Part shown: positions 1 through 8,284 of the stretch, piece after piece
Numbering within the stretch: position 1 is the stretch's first letter
Layout of the letters: every line of letters begins with the position of its first letter
Virus record (IMG/VR): IMGVR_UViG_3300010357_001370
Coordinates: 1-64,000 of that record
Origin: a virus
Lineage: Duplodnaviria; Caudoviricetes
Length of the DNA: 64,000 bases
Reading direction: 5' to 3' (one strand)
Program-made: the position numbers and the translations under genes
Notes under the pieces: model-generated
The model's input: only the letters and a program-made list of their open reading frames with translations
Database searches by the model: none
What the model was told of the DNA's origin: nothing

Positions 1-432
1 CCAACCTTCGTGAGCTCCGAAAAGTTTAGCGCCAACGTAGACTACGTCAGCATCTATCTTCCTTGTCTCCTCGATGAAGTTTGATTGAAGAAGATCATCG
101 GCGTCGAGCGGAATAACATAGTCTGTTGTTGCGATACCTATGCAGAAGTTCCTTGCAGACGGAAGAAGCTTCCGTCCAGAGCATATGGTCTTAATACGTG
201 GATCAAGATTCCCGAGCTCATTTTGTAGAGCCCAGGAATCCTTATCCATAAGGAGAATGATAATTTGTTTAGGCAAGCGAGTCTGATTGAGTACGCTGTG
301 AACCGTTTCCTTGAGAAACTTAGACTGCTTATAGCAAGGTATCACAACCGTAACAGAACTATCTACCGGGGTAGATGGAAGCTCATCAGCCTTCGCTATC
401 TTTATTATGCTGTTTCCTTTAATCCTTACCAT
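1..432 (-). CDS. Glycosyltransferase family 2 (3' end runs off the window; not in ORF track)
   Basis: Manual translation from ATG at 432 (AAGG upstream, overlapping the HAD gene end): MVRIKGNSII...SVTVVIPCYKQSKFLKETVHSVLNQT...SARNFCI...DYVIPLDADD. These are GT-A/GT2 motifs; frame is open to position 1. Confidence 0.85.
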   Translation of the reverse strand, partial: MVRIKGNSIIKIAKADELPSTPVDSSVTVVIPCYKQSKFLKETVHSVLNQTRLPKQIIILLMDKDSWALQNELGNLDPRIKTICSGRKLLPSARNFCIGIATTDYVIPLDADDLLQSNFIEETRKIDADVVYVGAKLFGAHEGW

Positions 433-2392
433 ACGTTGCCTTATTACGTAGCTTAAAGCCTTGCTTCCAGTACGCTGCTTGCTTAGCTAGTTTGTACATC
501 TGCTTATCTGCTAGGATTGTAGAATCTAGCTTAGGTGCTATCGGAATCTGTGTATGCTCAGTAGTCCCTGCGCCTCCGCTATGTCGAACTTCACCGAGAA
601 CATTTGCTTCTACTTCGGTAGGGAACTCTATTAGACGGAAGAATGGACGAAGCCAATTGATGGACTCAAGCGCTGAAAGAGGAAGCCCGCGGAGAATAGG
701 GATAATGTTATCGAAGAATTCTATCGCAGCGGATCGAAGTTCCTCTAATTTTACAATCTCGTCTAAATCCTCTAAAATAGGTTCCCCGTTGAGATATCCG
801 AGAGTAGTACCGTGTGAAGCTGAAAGAACATCCTCAAGAAGTTCTACTCCGCCAGTCTGTAGTAGCGTTGGAATGTCAGCAAATAGCTCATCTCCGTGAT
901 CGCGAACATACGCAAAGAAGTTATCGTGGAGAGATGTTCTTGAGTAGCTGTGCTGCTGCCATAGGTTGAAGTAGTACCCATCGACTGAAACATCGCCGAG
1001 ACAGGACATTACCTTCGTAAAGTTCTGCTGAAGAGAACCAAACCAACCAAGATCTACAATAGCGAGCTTCTCGCCTTTGAATTGAGAGAGATACTTTAAT
1101 GCTTCGTGTTTAGCCTCTTCGGAATTCTTAGTAATCATAGAATAGAGCTGCTGCAAAAGGGTATCGATCCGTAGATCTCCGCCCTCTACAAGATCATCTT
1201 CATTAGTAAATCCGCTAGCTTTGATTTCTCCTATAACAGCTGCAGCGTTCGATATACCATATAGCTTTAGCCACTCTCGTACAGGGCGAGGTTCATGACC
1301 GGAAATCATTCGAGACAGTTTATGCACATCGATATCGAATAAGGCAGGGAGAGTGATAGATGCTCTTGAGATGTAGACATACTCAATAGGAGGAAGCTTT
1401 GTAAAGATTCTTTCGGAAGCTAATTCAGGTGTTCGCAAATGTCGTTCAATAGCTGAATGAAAGAGCGCCCCGTCCCGAGCAAAAAACAGAAGACGGTCGT
1501 AATTCTTTTTCTCTATTTTTGAGAAAAGCCAAATAAGAAAGCCAACGACAAGAGGGCCATACGCCTGCATGCCGATTAGCTCGAGAGGGGTTCGATCTGG
1601 CTTATCTAGCCACATCTTCATTGTAATACCGTCAATGATACTCTGTGCTACAGATGGGGTGAAGGAAAAAGATAGAGGAGCAGAAAACTCGTAGTGCCAC
1701 CCAGTCAATCTACAACAATCAGTGCGGCTATTCGCTGCTGCTGACGCCATAAGCTTATCCGATCTCTCATTGTCGCCTATGTGACAGATCTCGCTCATTG
1801 GGAACTGATCAAGAACCGCAAAGAAGAGCTCACCGTTCATGTACTTGCTCTTACGGTATTCACAAGATACAAAAATCTTATGAATTGCACCTGTATCATA
1901 CCCACAGTTATCTAGGAAGTACTTTAGAGTATCGGCAGAGAGGTACATATCCGAAGTTACAACAATCGGTCGGTTAGTTCTCTGAGCATATTCAAATGCC
2001 TGCTTGATCTCTGGGTCTGCATAGAGGTTTCGAACCTCCATTTCCAGCTCCATTCGCATAAGATCTCTAGCAACAGAGGTAGGGATGACAAGCATTTCTT
2101 GCAGGACGTCGTAGATCTCCTGGAAAGTAACCTCGGTATCCCCTGCTTCTTTTTCCCGCTCATTACGAGCGGTACGCTCGGCTTGGCGACGAGTTGCTGC
2201 AAAAGCAGTTCCAAGGTGAGGGTATGTCTTGGTTAAGTCGTGTGTGCGAAGCTGCAATTCTACAAGCTGAAAGATGGTGAGATGATTTCCGCAGATACGA
2301 TGAACGAGGGTATCGAACATATCGAAGGAAACTACTGCGTTCTTATCGATGAGATCTTGAAGTTCTTTTCGCACGTTTATGATCCTTTTCAA
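419..2392 (-). CDS. HAD-superfamily hydrolase of the type found in polysaccharide loci
   Basis: 657 aa; motif I SFDMFDT, VTSDMY, HIGDN..SD; C-terminal FFARDG and VDLGWFGSLQ region; sits between two GT2 genes. Confidence 0.8.
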   Translation of the reverse strand: MKRIINVRKELQDLIDKNAVVSFDMFDTLVHRICGNHLTIFQLVELQLRTHDLTKTYPHLGTAFAATRRQAERTARNEREKEAGDTEVTFQEIYDVLQEMLVIPTSVARDLMRMELEMEVRNLYADPEIKQAFEYAQRTNRPIVVTSDMYLSADTLKYFLDNCGYDTGAIHKIFVSCEYRKSKYMNGELFFAVLDQFPMSEICHIGDNERSDKLMASAAANSRTDCCRLTGWHYEFSAPLSFSFTPSVAQSIIDGITMKMWLDKPDRTPLELIGMQAYGPLVVGFLIWLFSKIEKKNYDRLLFFARDGALFHSAIERHLRTPELASERIFTKLPPIEYVYISRASITLPALFDIDVHKLSRMISGHEPRPVREWLKLYGISNAAAVIGEIKASGFTNEDDLVEGGDLRIDTLLQQLYSMITKNSEEAKHEALKYLSQFKGEKLAIVDLGWFGSLQQNFTKVMSCLGDVSVDGYYFNLWQQHSYSRTSLHDNFFAYVRDHGDELFADIPTLLQTGGVELLEDVLSASHGTTLGYLNGEPILEDLDEIVKLEELRSAAIEFFDNIIPILRGLPLSALESINWLRPFFRLIEFPTEVEANVLGEVRHSGGAGTTEHTQIPIAPKLDSTILADKQMYKLAKQAAYWKQGFKLRNKATYGKD

Positions 2393-3251
2393 TTATGGTC
2401 TTAAGTTCATGAACCTGATGCTGTAAGTGATGAAGTTGCTGAAAGACTTGATCGATCGGGAAGTTCATTAACGTACCAATTCCCTCACGCATATATTTGT
2501 TTTGGATCGCTTGGCGATAAACCTCTCTCTGGAGTTTTCTATCAATCTCATTGATAGAGTTAGCATCAGGACCAGTAGAGGTTATTCGCTGGTGATAGAA
2601 TGCAAGGTAATTTGGAATCAAAGCGATATCAAAATGCTGCAAGAAGCGGAGGTTAAAGTCCCAGTCACCATAGACACGGAACATCGGATCGTATTGCCCG
2701 ATCGTATACGTTGCTTCCAACTCGTACATGAATTGGATAGGAGCAAAGTTTCGATGGTCATCGAGAAGATCCGAGAAGCGGAGTAACCCGATTTCAGGAA
2801 GAAGCGGAACGTATGGCTGCAAGTGATCCGTAATAACTACGTTGCCATCTATCCGCTCAAATACCATATTCGCTCGACAGATAATCCCCTTAACTGTTGG
2901 TACGAGCTTCTTATATGTTTCAAACTCGCGTACCATAATTGAAAGGAATTCTGGAGACCAGGAATCATCGTCATCATGAATGACCACAAAGTCTGCGTCA
3001 GCTTTCTTAGCTGCATCTAGACCGGTATTGGAAGCTGTCTCCATATGCCCATTACTATGAATAGAAATAACAATTGTTCCGCCTGTAAGCGTCTGGTGCT
3101 CCAACGGTCCGCCGTCGTTGACAATGATGTGTACGTAATTTTTGTATGTCTGATTAGCTACAGAGGCTATTGCCCTTCGCAAAAGCAAAGGCCGATCTTT
3201 AGTGCGAGTTATGATCGCTACTTTCTTAGATCCAGCCATACGACTTCCCAA
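2343..3251 (-). CDS. Glycosyltransferase family 2
   Basis: AIITRTKDR, IIVNDGG, IHDDDDSW (DxD), GDWDFNLR. Confidence 0.88.
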   Translation of the reverse strand: MGSRMAGSKKVAIITRTKDRPLLLRRAIASVANQTYKNYVHIIVNDGGPLEHQTLTGGTIVISIHSNGHMETASNTGLDAAKKADADFVVIHDDDDSWSPEFLSIMVREFETYKKLVPTVKGIICRANMVFERIDGNVVITDHLQPYVPLLPEIGLLRFSDLLDDHRNFAPIQFMYELEATYTIGQYDPMFRVYGDWDFNLRFLQHFDIALIPNYLAFYHQRITSTGPDANSINEIDRKLQREVYRQAIQNKYMREGIGTLMNFPIDQVFQQLHHLQHQVHELKTIIEKDHKRAKRTSRSHR

Positions 3252-3723
3252 AGATATTGATTTTGCTGGTCTTCGGAATTGTAACGGTCACCTTAGCTGC
3301 TTTAGCGAAACCGAGAAGAAAGAATAGTCCATCTCGCTGCCCGGCGTACCCATCTTCCATATCGACACCAAGAAAAACGATTTCCTTAGCCTCGCTTGCA
3401 AGAGCAATACCGGTCATCCATGCAATAGAGCTCGAAAAGACCATCCCATACTTTGATTGTAGAGCATCGATAGAGAAGGTCTCAGCGTTAGGAGCCGCTC
3501 CAAGCGGTCTAGGAAGGACCAGTTTTGATCCGAGTCCAGCATAGTCTACTCCCGCCTTCCACTTCTCGACAGGATGAATTTCGAAAACCTTGTCAACGCG
3601 ATGGCTAGCTAAAACTGGATAAATTGTAGGCACGCACCAAATCTCGTATTCTTTATTTTTCTCGTAATCGCGGATCATCTCGTATCCGCTACCAGCGCCA
3701 ATTATGACGACCTTCTTAGACAT
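3226..3723 (-). CDS. Hypothetical, MptE/DUF115/sialyltransferase-like fold (paralog 1 of 3)
   Basis: VVIIGAG, SSIAWM..IAL...KEIVFLGVDM; aligns by eye with the next two genes. Confidence 0.5.
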   Translation of the reverse strand: MSKKVVIIGAGSGYEMIRDYEKNKEYEIWCVPTIYPVLASHRVDKVFEIHPVEKWKAGVDYAGLGSKLVLPRPLGAAPNAETFSIDALQSKYGMVFSSSIAWMTGIALASEAKEIVFLGVDMEDGYAGQRDGLFFLLGFAKAAKVTVTIPKTSKINIFGKSYGWI

Positions 3724-3739
3724 GTGAACCCCTTCTTGA

Positions 3740-4246
3740 TTAGTTAGTTGAAAATAGTATATCCGTGCGAAGCTGGCTGGTATAGGGTACAGTAATTTTT
3801 ACTCCCTTCGCGCGGGCATATCCGAGTAGATAAAAGAGTCCTGGGCGCTGAATAAGTAATTCAGATTCATGAATCATATTCACACCACATAATACGATCT
3901 CAGTAGCACCAAGGTACAGAGCATATGCTATCATCCAAGCAAACGAACTTGTCAATGTTCCAAATTCATCAACAAGCTCCTTTGTAGGCAGCTGGTATGC
4001 CTCAACAAAGGGCTCTTGAACGTACTGCATAATGAGCTTACGATCGCGGTAAGCTGAATGCGTATTAGATGTCCACCGCGCCGACTCTTGATGCATATCG
4101 AACACAAGAGTAGCAAAGCTAATTGCATTATAGATTCGTGCTACGCACCAAACATTCCAATCTGTATGACGGTAGTGATTAGCGAGGTCTCTACCAGCTG
4201 AGCCGCCTACAATGACGAACCTGGTCCCTAGGAGTTTAGGTTCCAT
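3740..4246 (-). CDS. Hypothetical, MptE/DUF115-like fold (paralog 2 of 3)
   Basis: FVIVGG, SSFAWMIAYALYLGATEIVLCGVNM, QRPGLFYLLGYA. Confidence 0.5.
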   Translation of the reverse strand: MEPKLLGTRFVIVGGSAGRDLANHYRHTDWNVWCVARIYNAISFATLVFDMHQESARWTSNTHSAYRDRKLIMQYVQEPFVEAYQLPTKELVDEFGTLTSSFAWMIAYALYLGATEIVLCGVNMIHESELLIQRPGLFYLLGYARAKGVKITVPYTSQLRTDILFSTN

Positions 4247-4785
4247 ACATCCCCTCGAGCTAGCCCGCTGTAACGGTCTATATCAAGTCGATAGCCTAGC
4301 GCTTTGAGATATCCTAGAGTGTATAGCATTCCATTTCGCTCGTCTAGCCCTTCGTGTTCGAATTCAAGGTTGACTCCTCTAAACGCAAATTCGTTAACTC
4401 CTCTATGAAGAGCATACGCTACCATCCAAGCAAAGGTATTTACAAGTGGGATACCTACAGCCTGTATCTTGTTTATTGGTAGTAGATAGGAGTTGTTTGT
4501 CCAACCCGGAACTCGGTGAGGTACGATAAGCTTGGGCTTTGTGTATGTAGTATTAAGCCTATAGATTGTTGCTTTCTTTCGGCGCCAGGCATCCGGAGAG
4601 TGAATCTCGAAAACTAAATCAATTCGAGCATCGCTTAATAATGTATACGACTGTGGGATTGCCCACACGTTCCATTCATTTGAGTCTATCAGGGGCCTCG
4701 ATCGCTCCCAACCTTCTCCTTTTCCTATAATTAACACTCGCGAATTGCGAAGAGGCGGCTCTTGTTCCATACAGATCCTTATCAA
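4228..4785 (-). CDS. Hypothetical, MptE/DUF115-like fold (paralog 3 of 3); start may be 4770
   Basis: VLIIGKG, NTFAWMVAYALHRGVNEFAFRGVNL, ERNGMLYTLGY. Confidence 0.5.
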   Translation of the reverse strand: MIRICMEQEPPLRNSRVLIIGKGEGWERSRPLIDSNEWNVWAIPQSYTLLSDARIDLVFEIHSPDAWRRKKATIYRLNTTYTKPKLIVPHRVPGWTNNSYLLPINKIQAVGIPLVNTFAWMVAYALHRGVNEFAFRGVNLEFEHEGLDERNGMLYTLGYLKALGYRLDIDRYSGLARGDVWNLNS

Positions 4786-4836
4786 TACTAATATACGTAT
4801 GGTCCATACGTATATTAGTAACTAATATACGTATGG
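4786..4836. repeat. Triple alternating inverted repeat (A-A'-A) of 16-bp ACTAATATACGTATGG
   Basis: Copies at 4787-4802 (+), 4804-4819 (-) and 4821-4836 (+), all exact, in a divergent intergenic region. Confidence 0.95.
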
Positions 4837-4860
4837 CATTTAGTGCCAAGGAGTTAGGGT

Positions 4861-5661
4861 ATGACAATTACCAAGAATGACATCTTGTTAGCCTATGATT
4901 GTGCTAACTGGTTTTTCAAAAACCGCCCAGATAACAAAAAGAAGAAGGCAGAAGAGTACTCCTATAGCAAGCATCATTTAGCAATCCCATTCTACACGAT
5001 GCCATTTGAATTAACAGACCGTAGGTACTTTAATGACTATTCTTCCGGTGCAAACGGATTTACGGCTGTCTACAATGCTGAGATATTTGTAGTGGCGTTT
5101 GATTCGTCTGATAATGCTCGGGATTGGAGGTCTAATTTTAAGTATCAGCAAAAGATTATGCCGTATGCCGAGTCTGCAACATCCAAGGTACGGATGCATG
5201 GAGCGTACGCTGAGGGTTGGATGAGACTTCGTGACGAGATTCATCGAGCATTTACTCGATCTCGTTGCAAGCAAGTTCTTGTCTGTGGATATTCTATGGG
5301 TGGAGGAATGGCTCCAATCTGCGCTCTCGACCTACAGTTCACGTTCCAGCTTGCTGAGGATGCTATCAAATGTATTATTGGAGATGGACCGCGCGTTTTC
5401 AATAAGGCAGGAAAAGTATCTTACAATCGTCGAGTACCTAATACAATTAGACTTAAGTGGGGAAATGATATCGTAACAAAGCTTCCTCCGCCGTGGTTTG
5501 GATTTTATCATATCGGAAAGGAGCTTCACTTTGGGCCCGCAGCGCACTGGTGGAAGTTCTCTTTCTTAGATCACGATCCTGGCCGAGGTGCGTATAACTC
5601 AATTATGTATCGATTGGAAGATGGCCCGGTTGGCCTCGGATGGTTAACAGAGAAGCGCTAA
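4861..5661 (+). CDS. Lipase class 3-like alpha/beta hydrolase
   Basis: VLVCGYSMGG nucleophile elbow (GxSxG), DIVTKLPP, terminal DH; AGGAG SD upstream. Confidence 0.85.
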   Translation: MTITKNDILLAYDCANWFFKNRPDNKKKKAEEYSYSKHHLAIPFYTMPFELTDRRYFNDYSSGANGFTAVYNAEIFVVAFDSSDNARDWRSNFKYQQKIMPYAESATSKVRMHGAYAEGWMRLRDEIHRAFTRSRCKQVLVCGYSMGGGMAPICALDLQFTFQLAEDAIKCIIGDGPRVFNKAGKVSYNRRVPNTIRLKWGNDIVTKLPPPWFGFYHIGKELHFGPAAHWWKFSFLDHDPGRGAYNSIMYRLEDGPVGLGWLTEKR

Positions 5662-5663
5662 TA

Positions 5664-5689
5664 AAAAGCCCCGCTAACGCGGGGCTTTT
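5664..5689. terminator. Bidirectional rho-independent terminator
   Basis: AAAAGCCCCGC-taac-GCGGGGCTTTT between convergent genes. Confidence 0.9.
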
Positions 5690-5690
5690 C

Positions 5691-6722
5691 TTATCTAGGA
5701 ATTATGTCTAAACTTTCGTACAGCTCTCCGTACTCACGCCAAACACCGATACACTTAGAATCGAATTGGCATGCTCTACAAGCAGGTGATTTGATCTTCG
5801 AATACGGTTTGTACTCTCCGTAGTCTGTTCTTTCCCAATTGTTATTGATGAAGTCGACTCCGAGTTTATGCACACTTCCATTATCCCCATCATCTACGTT
5901 GATGACCTTATCTTGAAATGGATAAAGGTAACAACGAGGAATGTAATGCGTACTAATCTTATCCCCATACTTTTCTAACAGTACAAATAACGACTCCGCT
6001 ACATCGGTATACCTGGGAACAATATACGTAGAAGCTGCAGCTCCTACCGGATGAGGAAATGTAAATGTCATAGACATTCCGGGTTGGATTGCTTGAAGCA
6101 TCTCCGCAACATCAAGAAGGTTTCGATAATTGAATTGATTGATTACTGTATTTGTATTAACATAGATTCCCGCATCTACAAGATTTCGAATCCCTGCTAG
6201 AGTCTTTTTCCATGACCCTGGTAGTTGTGTAATTGCATCATGAATAAATGAATTTGCAGAATGGACAGGTATGAACGCGGAGTCAAGATATGGCGCAATC
6301 TCTTTGAAATACTCTGGATCGCCTAGTAATACCCCATTGGTCTGCACGTTGTTAATACATCCCCGAAGTCTAACGTAGTCGAGAAGTTCAGCGAGCTCCG
6401 GTCGAACTGTTGGTTCTCCACCAGTCACTACTATTATAGTTGTATCCGCTGGAGCTTCATCGATAGTCTGTTTAAGTTCTTCAAGAGTCCGATCATTAGA
6501 TGTCTGCTTCTTATCTTCAGTGAAGCAGTGCACACACTTTTCGTTACACGCGTAGCCCATTCGAACTGTGTAGAAGGATGGGTTCTCGTTAATGAGAGCA
6601 TCGACGTTAAAGAGATGACCCGGGTTCCTAGCTTCAAAGAGAGCTATCTTTTGCTCTACTTTAAGACTTGGAAAGCGCTGCTTGATTAGCGCAATCTTAT
6701 CTTGACGGGTCATCATACACAA
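5691..6722 (-). CDS. Radical SAM protein, HxsC-like
   Basis: CNEKCVHC, TGGEPT, C-terminal CRACQFDSKCIG; paralog of the N-half of 8285..10210. Confidence 0.9.
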   Translation of the reverse strand: MCMMTRQDKIALIKQRFPSLKVEQKIALFEARNPGHLFNVDALINENPSFYTVRMGYACNEKCVHCFTEDKKQTSNDRTLEELKQTIDEAPADTTIIVVTGGEPTVRPELAELLDYVRLRGCINNVQTNGVLLGDPEYFKEIAPYLDSAFIPVHSANSFIHDAITQLPGSWKKTLAGIRNLVDAGIYVNTNTVINQFNYRNLLDVAEMLQAIQPGMSMTFTFPHPVGAAASTYIVPRYTDVAESLFVLLEKYGDKISTHYIPRCYLYPFQDKVINVDDGDNGSVHKLGVDFINNNWERTDYGEYKPYSKIKSPACRACQFDSKCIGVWREYGELYESLDIIPR

Positions 6723-6990
6723 TACCGTCGCAAGGGTCTACGTTTGGGGCAGGCGCGTGACAGGTATTCTCTGGAGCTCGGTATGGTACGTTCATCTCAC
6801 CGCTAATAGCGGACGTGAACATATTAAAGCACTCGTAACATAGCACCTCACGAGAACCAACGTCGAGGTTAGGTATAAATTCCCAAACTCCATCTTCTCG
6901 TAAGCGGTCTACTCGAGTTTGGATTCGGATATCGACTCGAAAATCCTTAAATTCTTTACCGCAACGGGTACAGTATGATACTTCATTCAT
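6697..6990 (-). CDS. Small CxxC...CxxC zinc-binding protein, paralog of 48709..48951
   Basis: CTRC...WEFIPNLD...EVLCYECF. Confidence 0.7.
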   Translation of the reverse strand: MNEVSYCTRCGKEFKDFRVDIRIQTRVDRLREDGVWEFIPNLDVGSREVLCYECFNMFTSAISGEMNVPYRAPENTCHAPAPNVDPCDGIVYDDPSR

Positions 6991-8281
6991 CTCGCGCCAC
7001 CTTAATCTTATTATCTTCTAATGTAAGTGTGATTCCCGACGTCAGCAACTTAGATCGGATATTTTCCTTGATAAAGAAGATTTGATCATATACAGAGATA
7101 GGCGTTCCTTTCTCAATGAAAACCTGAAGAATTTCTTCAAGATGCTCAACTACGAAGCGATAGAAATCCCTATGCTGATCACAAACAATCCGGGTATCGA
7201 TTCCATATGTGCCGTACTTTGATTTGTAGAAAGCTTCACAGCCGTGATCACAAATATAATCTGCGTAACAAGTATCGCAACCAACCTCTTTGTAGACCCT
7301 GCTCTTCATAATATTGTACTCTACGGCTTTCTTAATTTGATGAAGGCCAGCAAAGTCGTAATCAAGAGCATGCTGAACATAAGCTTCGGGGAACTTCTTT
7401 GAGTACCTATCACAATAATCCATCTCACCATCAGGCTCGACTGCGATCATATGAGTGCCGGCGCCGCACCATTTTGTACCACACCCGGACTTAGATTCAT
7501 TTCCATGGTACGTTATGATGTCGATTAGAGACTTTACAAGAAGTTCATGGGTATGGTACTCCTGAGTCTTCTTACGCTGAATGAAGCGCTCAAGCTCGGG
7601 TTTCCAGACCTTCTCGAACATCTCTTTACCTGTAAGCTCAATCTCACTATTCTCTCCGGGGTTGATCATATCCTCGGCGTAGTTAATCTTATAGCCTCGA
7701 ACAACCCCGGTATTAGTTTCATGTAGACCGAGGTTCTCAAGGTACTGCTGAGTAGCTTGCATATTCTCTACATTCGTCTTACTTGCTACAATAAGAAAAC
7801 CGAACTGCGTTTTGTTACGCTTAAGGATATCAAACTTCTTTTCAAAGATATCCTGCTTAATTGTCGTAGTTCGAGCGTTATTGCCACCGTCTATCCCGTC
7901 GAAAGATAACCCAACACTAACTTCAAACTTCGTTAGCATCGCTGCGAAATCATCATCTAGTAGAGTGGCGTTTGTCTGGCAGCCGAGAGCATACTGAATC
8001 CCTCTCGTTTGAAAGAGTGCTACAGTGTATGTGAGCATCTCATAAAAACGTTTCTTACCAAGTAGCAGAACCTCTCCACCATGAAAAACTAGTTGAAGAG
8101 GAATCTTATCGCGACCGTTAATGTACCGTTGCTCAGCAATCTGGTTGATAATCTTTTTATACAGCTCAAAATCAATTAGCTCGCCTTTATGCTCTCCCTT
8201 GTTCTGCATGAAGCAGTATTTACAATTGAGGTTACAATCGCGAGTCATTCGAAAAATAATCAGGTCTGTAAATCGAAACAT
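6983..8281 (-). CDS. Radical SAM/SPASM maturase (anSME/HxsB-like)
   Basis: CNLNCKYC, FHGGE, SPASM cysteines CG..WCGAG...C and C-terminal CDTC..DYICDHGC. Confidence 0.92.
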   Translation of the reverse strand: MFRFTDLIIFRMTRDCNLNCKYCFMQNKGEHKGELIDFELYKKIINQIAEQRYINGRDKIPLQLVFHGGEVLLLGKKRFYEMLTYTVALFQTRGIQYALGCQTNATLLDDDFAAMLTKFEVSVGLSFDGIDGGNNARTTTIKQDIFEKKFDILKRNKTQFGFLIVASKTNVENMQATQQYLENLGLHETNTGVVRGYKINYAEDMINPGENSEIELTGKEMFEKVWKPELERFIQRKKTQEYHTHELLVKSLIDIITYHGNESKSGCGTKWCGAGTHMIAVEPDGEMDYCDRYSKKFPEAYVQHALDYDFAGLHQIKKAVEYNIMKSRVYKEVGCDTCYADYICDHGCEAFYKSKYGTYGIDTRIVCDQHRDFYRFVVEHLEEILQVFIEKGTPISVYDQIFFIKENIRSKLLTSGITLTLEDNKIKVARDE

Positions 8282-8284
8282 CCA

